Of a DNA stretch of 64,000 bases, positions 41,601 through 53,600 are shown piece by piece; within the stretch, counting starts at the first letter, position 1; every line of letters starts with the position of its first letter. Origin of the DNA: Octopus sinensis (Eukaryota); contig NC_042997.1 in assembly GCF_006345805.1 (NCBI RefSeq), forward strand, positions 204,228,001-204,292,000, written 5' to 3'. The notes under the pieces are model-generated. The model did no database searches, was not told the origin of the DNA, and was given only the letters and a program-made list of their open reading frames with translations. The position numbers and the translations under genes were made by a program.

Positions 41601-44600
41601 GGATAAACTGGGATTTCCAGAAAGAGAAATTGACTGGCTGATTCATACATTACAAGTTCAATCTGTGAGTGGAACAGTAAAACTATGCAGGACTTTTCTC
41701 AAGTTCCAAACATGAATTTGTATTAACTACATACCAAAGATGGAGCCTTGTATTTTTGTTGGAAACCAGCTCCCTCCTCAGTGGAAGATTTATAATAATT
41801 AAAAAATAGAAGAGACATACACACATATCCTGAAATCAGAAATTAGCTGTCCAGCAGATATTAGCATATATACTGAAGGTCAGGGAAAAAGAGAATACCT
41901 ATGCTGAACTATTGAGAAATCTGCATTTACTCTATCCAGATTACAAGTTCAGGTTTATACCTGTAATTATTGGGGCACAGGGATATATAACACACTGCCT
42001 AAATACCAATCTTGAGGAATTAGGCTTCTCAAAACCAGAAAAGAGAAAGCTAATTTGAAGACTACAGATCCAATCCATCAGTGGAACTGAAAATCTTTAA
42101 AACTTTCCGGAAGTTTCTTATTTAAATATATATGAGTATGTCTAGATATGTAACTATATGCATGAGAAGATACAAATCTTCTCATACAAATCTTCACACA
42201 TACAAATCTTCACACATACATACATGGTCATGAATGACCATGGGATTGTGCCGAGAAAGTTACCCTCTGAGGCAGAATTTCAGGCTAGGTTGTTTACAGA
42301 AGACCAGCAGTCGCCCCTGCATACCAGCCTCCCCTCTCCATGCCACTGATGTTATCCAAGGGAAAGGCAAAGGGGTCGATACAGCTTGGTACCAGTGACG
42401 TCACAACTCATTTCTACAGCTGAGTGAACTGGAGCAACGTGAAATAAAGTGTCTTGCTCAAGAACACAACACGCAGCCTGGTCCACGAATTGAAATCACA
42501 ACCTCATGATCATAAGCTTGACGCTCTAACCACTGAGCCATGTGCCTTTACATACAAACAAACAAACCCACCCACCCTATTGTTGGTGTTGAAATTCAAA
42601 TGATGGCACCTTGGATCTAGGAAACTGTTTCTAGAAATCTTTATATATAAAAGTGAGGTTGTGTGCTGTCTGTCTCCTACGATTTAGATTCCTAACTACT
42701 CCCACATTTTGCGGTGCAGTTTAACCAAAACCGGGTATCTTATAGTCGTGATTCATATCGAGCCTTTCTGGGTATTGGCGCGCATCTACGATGAGTCTAC
42801 GATTTAAAAAAAAATTTACCATCAATTTTTCCCATTTTTAATGCATTTTTGGCATATATAAGGGAAGCAACTCTATAAAAATTTATTATTAAATCTCAGA
42901 ACGTAAAAAGCTACAGTAACCCCCCCCCCATATTGAGATGGCTATTATACTTTACATCTCTAAAAATGCTTATATAGTTATTTCCCTTACAAACCCGAGC
43001 AACGCCGGGCGATACTGCTAGTCTTGAAATAAAACTGAACAATGACATACAAATCTACATATATGGGTATGAAGACTATAGAAACTTTAAAATACAGGCA
43101 ACAGAGTGGTAGGAAAAAAAATCAAGTTGTAGGACAATGTAATCAAATCGGTTTTTATTCAGAAAACTTCCTCTCACTTCTTTCCTCTTCAGAAACCTCT
43201 GTAGTAGTCTGCCCAACAGTTCAGCATCTTTAACCCTTTCATTACTGTATTTATTTTGAGATGTTCTGTGTTTCTTTCAATTAATTTTAAATTTAACAAA
43301 GAATTTAGTAAAATTACTTAGTTATCATTGAGTTAGTGTTAGAAACATAAATTGTGACTAAGGTTTGGTGGAAGATTTTAATTCAAAACTTTTGAAAACA
43401 AGACATTTGTATTACAGAGCCAGAGCCAGTTTGAACCAAGTTGGTATCAAAAGGGTTAAATTAATCATTTGTTAACCCTTTTGTCACCATATTTCTGTTG
43501 AAATATTTTGTGTTTCTTTCAATTAATTCTAAATTTAACAAAGAATTTAGTAAAATTACTTAGTTATCATTGAGTTAGTGTTAGAAACATAAATTGTGAC
43601 TAAGGTTTGGTGGAAGATTTTAATTCAAAACTTTTGAAAACAAGACATTTGTATTACAGAGCCAGAGCCAGTTTGAACCAAGTTGGTATCAAAAGGGTTA
43701 AATTAATCATTTGTTAACCCTTTTGTCACCATATTTCTGTTGAAATATTTTGTGTTTCTTTCAATTAATTCTAAATTTAACAAAGAATTTAGTAAAATTA
43801 CTTAGTTATCATTGAGTTAGTGTTAGAACATAAATTGTGACTAAGGTTTGGTGAAGATTTTAATTCAAAACTTTTGAAAACAAGACATTTGTATTACAGA
43901 GCCAGAGCCAGTTGAACCAAGTTGGTATCAAAAGGGTTAAATTAATCATTTGTTAACCCTTTCATTACTGTATTTATTTTGAGATGTTCTGTGTTTCTTT
44001 CAATTATTTTAAATATAACAATGAATTTAGTAAAATAACTTAGATATCATTAAGCTAGTGTTAGGAACATAAATTGTGACTAAGGTTTGGAAGATTTTGA
44101 TTCAAAACTTCTGAAATCAAGACATTTGTACTACAGAGCCAGAGCCAGTTTCAGCCAGGTTGGTAACGAAAGGGTTAATGCAGAAAAATCTCCATCTCTC
44201 ATGATCAGTCATGACTGAATTTGTGAAAGGAGTCACAGTTTTGTTTTCACATGATGCTGTACTATTACCATCATTCTTTACTCTTCACTTTCATGCTATA
44301 ACATTCGTCACAGCATTATCACCATCACATTGTATTCATATAACCTTCATATTCCTGTACGATTGCCACCACTGTACTCACACTATTAATCGTTGTTGTT
44401 GTATTTCTGCAGATATTTGGTTGTTTTGCCCTCACTGAGATGGGTCATGGCAGTAACACAAGAGCCATACAAACTGTGGCCACCTATCAACCCTCAACAC
44501 AGGTTGGTTTACAACACTTTCTGTTTTATTCAGTTTCTGTTTGGTCTCTTCTTGCATATGATGATGATGATGATGAAGATGAAGGCGATGCTGCTGCTGC

Positions 44601-47600
44601 TGCTGCTGCTGTTTGTTTGTTTGTTGAGCAAAGTGGTCTTCGTCCCAAAGCTCGCAAGATCGTGTCTGAGGAGAAGTCCGAAACGTGGCCCTTTGCTATT
44701 CATAAGACCCGCAGAAGAGAAAGCAGGTCAACCCCCCACACCGAGAGCATCGACGGATGGATGAATGCACATCCAGGCTCAGCGGTTGCGTAGGAAGTCG
44801 GGGACAAGAAACAGGAAGAAAGAGTGTGAGAAAGTTGGAGTACAACAGGGGTTGCCACCACCCCCTGCTGGAGCCTCGTGGAGCTTTAGTTGTTTTCGCT
44901 CAATAAACACACACAATGCCCGGTCTGGAAATTGAAACTGCGATCCTCCAACCGCGAGTCTGCTGCACTTACCACTGGGCCATTGTGCCTCCACTTGCTG
45001 CTGCTGTTGGTTTCTTTGGTCCATGTGACTAATCTACCACCACCACCACCACCACCGTCATCACATCATGTCTGTCATGTGACTGAGAGCCTGTTTATTT
45101 AGATCAATTATGCGTGTGTGTGTCTATGTCATGCATCAAATTCGATACACGTGCATATATACACATTCTTACATATGTACATACATACATATGCGTATTC
45201 ATCATATTGACAAAGCATGAAAGAAAGAGAGAGAGAGAGAAAGAGGATTGATGTTAGAAGTGTAGGATGGAAACTTTCTGAAAAGTACATATTTTTGTAA
45301 TGAAATTTTGCAGAGGTAGATTTTCAATGGAATAGGTTGTGATTATGTTGATAGAATTTATTGAAATAATAACATTTATTGCAAATATACAAAAGAGAAA
45401 TTTATGTTCTTTAATTTTATTTTAAGGTATAAGTATTTTTCTTTAGAAAATTAGTATTCATTTCATCATTTTGTCTTAGCACCAAGAAGTTTGATAGAAG
45501 TTAAATTAAAATTATTTTATGTAGCTGGATATTACCCATGGTGGTAAAAGCATACTTTCAAAGTTACCTGTCATATGATGGATAATACTTTAGAATCCAT
45601 ATATTCACATTGCTTAAATATAAACTCATATATTATTATATGCTCACACGCTTTCCTGAAATTTAAATCATCATCATCATTATCATCATCATTTAACGTC
45701 TGTTTTCCGCGCTAGCACGGGTTGGACAGATTGACCGGGGTCTGGGAAGCCAGAAGGCTGCACCAGGCTCCAGTCTTATCTGGCAGTGTTTCTACAGCTG
45801 GATGCCCTTCCTAACGCCAACCACTCCGAGAGTGTAGTGGGTGCTTTTTACGTGCCACCGGCACAGGTGCCAAGGGAGTCTGGCAAACATGCATGATCGG
45901 TTGGTGTGCTTTTAACGTGCCACCGGCACGGAAGCCATTCAAGGTGGTGCTGGCATCGGTCACACTCGGATGGTGCTTTTTACGTGCCACCGGCACAGAA
46001 GCCAGTCGAGGTGGTGCTGGCATCGGCCACGTTCGGATGGTGCTTTTTACGTGTCACCGGCACAGAAGCCAGTATATCTTTATACTGTCATGTTACACAA
46101 TGTTGAAATCTACTCCTATATGTCTTTGAACTGACGTATCCCACATTGTTTGAATGGAAATACATCCTTCTACACATACATTTCACATTTTTTAAATGTA
46201 AAACTGTAATAAACACATTTCCCATTGTTTAACCTCGAGCATTCAGATTTCTCTGCCAAATACAATGCTTCTTTATTCCCATCGTTTTGAATTAATCATG
46301 CATTATCTTGTGGCTTCAAAGTTTTGATGATATGATTATTTTTACAATGACATTCTTGGGTAGGTATTAGAGACCAGGTCTGGTTGGTTTGAGCACAAAG
46401 CAGGGAGAATATTTGGCCCTGATGTAACTGGCTCAAATGCTAAAAGGTTGAATATAAAAATGTCTATGTTGATATTGTTGAAATGCCAGTATATATCTTT
46501 ATCTCTACACATTTCCTGTTATTTAAATATCAACACATATTCTACTGATTAATCCATTGATAATTACTTTAATTCATTTATAAATAATTTACTTATAGGA
46601 ATTCATACTGAACACACCACAATTGGAAGCTACTAAAATGTGGGTTGGTAACCTTGGTAAACATGCAAGCCATGCTGTTGTCTATGCTCAGTTGCACACT
46701 CCAGATGGTGTGAACCATGGACTTCATACTTTTGTTGTTCCAATCAGAGATGTACACACAATGAAAGCATTACCTGGAGTTCTGGTTGGTGACATGGGAC
46801 ATAAAATTTCAATTAATGGCCTCGACAATGGGTGAGAGTTTTTCTCTTCTTTTTCTATCTAAGGGTGGTTGTTGTTGTTGTTAGTTTAAAGCTGGCAGAG
46901 GGTACTGTCAGTTTGAGTGAGGAAATGAAATGCTACGAATCCTTTACTGAGAAAGAGAAGTGAGGGTTCTGTATGTTATCCTGTATTAGTTTGTTTACAT
47001 CCCCATAACTTAGTGGTTTCGGCAAAGAGACTGATAGAATAAGTTCCGGACTTAAAGAAAAAGAGCCAGTACCAAAGTTAATTCATTTGAGTAAACTCTT
47101 TGAGGCAGTGCTCCAGCATGGCTGCAGTTGAATGACTAAAACGAGTGAAAGACAATCCATTTGATCCTCTTCTTTTCATGACTGCTGCCACTGGGGCTGC
47201 TTCTGGTGGTTGCTGTTGTTGTTGTTGGTGGTGAATGAAAATGTATTTCTGGTTCTGAGTGAAGAAGTAACTAACAACACTTGTGAACAATTAACAGAAT
47301 ATTTAATTACTGTACATAGTGTTTTATGTGTTGCTTTTTTACAAATACTAACAGCAATAATTACATTGTGGGGGAGACATACTGCTTGGGATTCACGACA
47401 AGCTTACTGGTATAGCAATCACTTTGGCAGGCCTCATCACAACTGGAAAATAATTGCACTGTACTTGTGGCAACAAATATTCCAGTTCTGCTATCTGCCA
47501 TCCGTCTTAACTGGTTAGATGTGGAGATGAAAATGGAGACAGAACATGTGGCTGTCTCAGCATTCTGCGATTACCACTAAAAACCACCTTCATATATATG

Positions 47601-50600
47601 GGGACAATGAGAAAGTTCTAGAAAATTGAATCGTGTTATGGCTTGATGCTGATTGATTACTTAACAGACCAATCACATGAAACTACTGTGGTCTGATTGT
47701 GATGTCTGCATGGTGACCTAATGATTCCGTTTTGAATCAACACTACACAGTAATTGCTGTTAATGCAATGAGCTGGCAGAATCGTTAGCATGCTGGGCGA
47801 AATGCTTAGCGGTATTTCGTCTGCCGTTACGTTCTGAGTTCAAATTCCACCGAGGTTGACTTTTCCTTTCATCCTTTTGGGGTCGATAAATTAAGTTACA
47901 GTACGCAATGGTGTCGATATAATTGACTTAATCCGTTTGTCTGTCCTTGTTTGTCCCCTCTGTGTGTAGCTCCTTGTGGGCAATAAAGAAATAAGAATCG
48001 TTAGCATGCTGGGCGAAATGCTTAGCGGTATTTCGTCTGCCGTTACGTTCTGAGTTCAAATTCCACCGAGGTTGACTTTTCCTTTCATCCTTTTGGGGTC
48101 GATTAAATAAGTACCAGTTACGCACTGGGGTTGATATAATCAACTTAATCGTTTGTCTGTCCTTGTTTGTTCCCTCTGTGTTTAGCCCCTTGTGGGCAGT
48201 AAAGAAATGAGTGATTGCTGTTAACAGAGGTGTCTGACCAAGTGCTTAGGGTTGATTCATTCCAGACGTGGCTGTGTGCTTAAGAAGTTTGCTTCCCAAG
48301 CACCTGAAACGCTGTTTTTGATGTCTTCACATAGCCATTATCTTGTTTGAGGTACAGGGTGTTCTTAGATTTGTCACATTGTTCTGTTAGCTTTTGTTTT
48401 AAAGGGTGAGATATAATTAGGGAACATCATACAACAATATCAAAAAAAATTTGCATCCTGGTCTTTCTCCAAGAACTCATAATAATAAGAATTGTTTCAG
48501 ATTTTGGCATGAAACCAACAATTTTAGTGGAGATGGTTAATTGATTACATTGACCCCAGCAGTTGGCTGTATTTTATTGACCTTGGTTGGATGAAAGCTA
48601 TAACTGACTTTGGTGAGATTTGAACTCAGAATGGAAAGAGTGGAAGAAATGCTATGAAGTATTTTGTCCATTGTGCTAACCATTCAGCCAGGTCAAGGCC
48701 TTAATCATAATGCTTTCTGATTTTGGCACAAGGCCAGCAATTTTGATGAAAGAGTGTTAATTGATACTATCAACCGCATTATTTGACGTACATTTTTTTT
48801 TTTGAGGAATGAAAGGTAGACTTGATCTTGGTGGGATTTGATCTCAGAATCTAAAGCGCTAGAAGAAATGCCGATAAAGCAAGGCAGCTCTTTGTAAAGC
48901 ACTTGGGTAATTTGGGACATATTTTTTGTTGTGTGAAGGATGTGAAAGGACAAATCTTAAAAGGATGGTTTCAGTTATCTACGTAACCATTTCTGATGTG
49001 TCAGGAGTGAAGTGTGTGTGTGTGCTGCCAATGATTATGGACTCCCCTGTCATTAGACAACGGATGAGGCTTCTGTAATTTCTTGCCAAACAACCACACA
49101 AATGATTTGTTCATAGTGATCAAATGTTTGTGTTACAGATAAGCTCACTCTCTCCATCAAATCAACATTTCATGTACAAGTGTGTATCGCACACTGGATG
49201 TTGAAATGATCACAGAGCAACATGAAATGAAATGTTTTGCTCAAGAACACAACAGACTACCCAGCCTGGGAATTGAAATCACGATCTTGTGATTGCAAGT
49301 GTTACACCCAAGTCACTAGGCCCATGTTCCTTGATGTACTGCTAGGGGTAATGAATATAAAACCAGTAGAGATTCAACTAGTTGGCTGACATGAAGTGTT
49401 TGTGAACATGAATGAGCTGTGAACATATGACATGTATTTTGTATTATGTGGACACTTTGAGATGTATCCTATTTTATTGTAATAAAGTAAATATGTTTCA
49501 TTTATTTTCTAGGTTTGTTTCTTTCAACAATGTGAGAATACCGCGGGAAAACTTACTCAATAAGAGTGCAGATGTCACTGTAGACGGACAGTATGTGTCA
49601 CCATATAAGGTAAAAAACAACATTAATTTATACTTTATTCTAAAAACACTAATTGCTTAGATTAGTGTTATTCTAACTGTAATTGTTTAAATGTTTGATG
49701 GAGTAGGATGTGGTCTAGTCATCCATATTGTTAATCAGGTTGTACAGGAAAGTATGACACCCTGGTGACTGATGTTGCAGCATCATAATCAGCTGTTGCA
49801 AGGGTAAAGGAGATGCCTGAGATCAGTGGTTCTTGATCATTTTTTGCTTATGGACTCCTTTGATTACTGGACTCCCATCTTAAAAAATAAATCCTGTCAT
49901 ATTTGTATGATTAAATACTAGGAATTATATAAAAGTAATTGTTGCAATATTTTGTGTAGTATTGATATATAACCAATTTATTGCTCATAAACTTTAACAA
50001 AATCTTCTTGGGTCCCCAAAGGTTATATGGACCATGGTTGGGGACCACTGCCTCAGAAATAATTACAGGGTTCAATGAGACATAACATAATGGCTGTAGT
50101 AAAAGCGGTTCAATATCTTTTAATTAATTATTTTAACAACAAGGCTGTGAGCTGGCAGAAACGTTAGCACGCTGGGTCGATCTAATAGACTGGTCCCCTC
50201 CCCAAAAATTTTGGGTCTTGTGCCTAGTGTAGAAAAGAATATTTTAAAGGTGGCGAGCTGGCAAAAAAGTTAGCATGCTGGGCAAAATGCTTAGCAGCAT
50301 TTCGTCTGTCTTTATGTTCTGAGTCCAAATTCCGCTGAGGTTGACTTTGCCTTTCATCCTTTCGGAGTCAATGAATTAAATACCAGTTGTGTACTGGGGT
50401 CGATCTAATCAACTGGCCCTCTCCCCCCAAAATTTCGGACCTTGTGCTTAGAATAGAAAAGAATTATTTTAACAATGAAAACAAAACATTGTCTGATATC
50501 ATACAACAGCCATAATTATACACTTAATTATTTCTTTGTAATTTCTTTTAACATGTAGAAAAGCAAACGGTTCAGCATTTCCTTGGCTGTTCTTTCAAAC

Positions 50601-53600
50601 GGTCGAGTTGCAATCACTGGGTTTGGAGCAACACTCTTGAAGATGGGGTTGACTATTGCAATACGTTATTCAGCTGCACGGCGCCAGTTTGGACCAAAGG
50701 AAGATGAAGAAATACCAATTCTAGAATACCCATTACAAGTAAGACTAATTACTTTATGTTTTATCTTTGAAAATCTTCATTTCTATATTTTTTCATTTTA
50801 TTAGGAAAACGATTAAAAAATATTTAATTTAAACATTTTAGAAGCTTTTATACAACATTTAGGAAATCTCAAATAAGACTGCTCAGCTTCACTTAAGTTA
50901 CTTTTCACTATCAACAGAGATTTCAGTGAATACTTCCCCCACTGTTCCTGGTCGGTAGACCCCCCCCCCCCAGTAGACCTACACCATTTATTTCTCTTTT
51001 TCCCACTCTCACTGTCTCTCTTTCTTTCTAACTCTCCCACTTTTCTCTCCTTCCTTGTCCTACTGAGGTAGCCGGCTAACTGGCTTCTGAGTCGGTGGCA
51101 CGTAAAAGGGCACCATTCGAGCGTGATTGTTACCAACGTCGCCTTACTGGCACCTGTGCCGGTGGCATGTGTATAAAGATTCAAACGAGGTCGTTGCCAG
51201 TACCGCCTGACTGGCCCCGTGCCAGTGGCACGTAAAAAGCACCCACTACACTCTCGGAGTGGTTGGCATTAGGAAGAGCATCAAGCTGTAGAAACTCTGC
51301 TAGATCAAGATTGGAGCCTGGTGCAGCCATCTGGTTCGCTAGCCCTCAGTGAAAATCGTCCAACTCATGCTAGCATGGAAAGTGGACCTTAAATAATGAT
51401 GATGATGATGATGATAGTGAGGCAAGTACCTCTATCATACTCTAACCTCTTGCCTGGCTCACCACCACTTCCCTCTACGCCATTCCCTCTCTCAACTTTG
51501 AGGTCTTTGCTTTGCAACTTACTCAGTGACCCGATTTGTGCTGGTATCATGTAAAAAATCTCCTGTACCAGTGCCACGTAAAAAGCACACAGTACACTCT
51601 GTAAAGTGGTTGGTGTTAGGAAGGGCATCCAGCCATAGAAACTTTGCCAAAACAGATGACTAGATTCTGGTGCAGCTCACTGGATTGCCAGCTACTGTCA
51701 ACCCTCCAACCCATGCTGGCATGGAAAACGGACATTAAATGATGATAATATCACCTGTGTATTTCAGTTATATACACTCAACCTGTGTATATTTCACTTG
51801 TAGATATATTCGCAGTTTTGAGAATATGTTCTGACCACTTCATCACCAATATCTTTATTTTCTTTCCCGCTTTTCCCACTCACTCTCATATAACATCGGG
51901 TAACCATGTATCTCTTCTGTATCAAGACATCTGTGCCTGTCTCTCTTTCATACTGTAACCTGGGGGCCCATGTGTGGGTCGTTGCCCATGCATGGGTCGT
52001 TGCCAGTGCTGCCTGACTGGCTCCCTGTGCCAGTGGCATGTAAATAGCACCATCCGAACATGGTCGATCCCAGCACCCTGCCCCGACTGGCTCCTGTGCT
52101 AGTAGCACATAAGAAGCACAATCCGAACATGGCCAATGCCAGTGCTGCCTGACTGGCTCTTGTATCAGTGACACATAAAAAGCACCCACTACACTCTCAG
52201 AGTGGTTGGCGTTATGAAGGGTATCCAGCTGTAGAAACACTACCAGATCAGATTGGAGCCTGCTGCAGCCTTCTGGCTTGCCAGTTCCCAGTCAAACGGT
52301 CCAACCCATGCCAGCATGGAACACAGATGTTAAACAATGATGATGGACCTCTTTGATTACTATTTTATTCTGGTGCCCCCCCCCCCCATACCCATTTGAT
52401 GTTTAAAACCTAGCTTTATAGAAACTTCTTTCGAAATTCCTATTTTGTTCTTTGTACGTTTACTTGTGTAAGTTGAATTATACAAAATGTTAGAGAAAGA
52501 AACCTTGCTGTTTCTTGCAATACATACCTATACATGCAGTTAAGGCAAAATTTATATCAAGGACCCTTAAAATATTGTGAATTCTTAATTTATCATTTTG
52601 TTGTATAGACCCTGTGCTTGAGGAGACCTATTGAGTCAAGTACATCAACATAAAAAATCAATGGAAATTGTAGTTGTGATCCCTGTACCGGTGGCACATA
52701 AAATGCACCATCCAAACGTGGCCGATGCCAGCGCCGCCTTGACTGGCTACCGTGCCAGTGGCATGTAAAAAGCACCAACCGATCGTGGCCATTGCCAGCC
52801 TTGCCTGGCATCTGTGCCGGTGGCACGTAAAGAGCACCCACTACACTCACGGAGTAGTCAGTGTTAGGAAGGGCATCCAGCTGTAGAAACACTGTCAGAT
52901 CAGACTGGAGCAGCCTTCTAGCTTCCCAGACCCCGGTTGAACCGTCCAACCCATGCTAGCATGGTAAACGGGTGTTAAACGATGATGATGATGATGTATA
53001 GATCCTCCAAAATCTTATATAGACCTTCAGTGGCCATATGGACCTCAGTTAAGAACCACTGGTTTAGCTTCTCACCTTCTGGCATAGCCACCTTCCCCAT
53101 CAACTATGACCTCTTCCTCAGTTGAGAGGTGGGGGTGCTTCTTCTTTGTCTTATGAGTCACTTGGCAATCTTACTAGTACCAGTGTAATGGAGAAGGCAC
53201 CCTGTACAAACTGTAAAGTGGTTAGTGACAGGAAAGGCATCCAGCTGTAGAAAACATGCCAAAGCAGACATTGGAGTTTGATGAATTCTCTGGCTTGTTA
53301 GGTCCTGTCCAACCTATGCCAGCATGGAACATCATCATCATCATCATCGTTTAACGTCCATTCTCCATGCTAGCATGGGTTGGACAGTTCGACCGGGGTC
53401 TGGGAAGCCAGAAGGCTGCACCAGGCTCCAGTCTGATCTGGCAGTGTTTCTACAGCTGGATGCCCTTCCTAACGCCAACCACTCCGTGAGTGTAGTGGGT
53501 GCTTTTTGCATGCCACCTGCACAGGTGCCAGGCGAGGCTGACAACAGCCACGATCGGATTGGTGCATTTTACGTGCCACCGGCACGGAAGCCAGTCGAGG

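Noticed and set aside
50559-50563. Alternative acceptor (AAG at 50561-50563) for exon 7
   Set aside because: It would shift the frame by 5 nt; the TAG at 50556-50558 keeps the frame.
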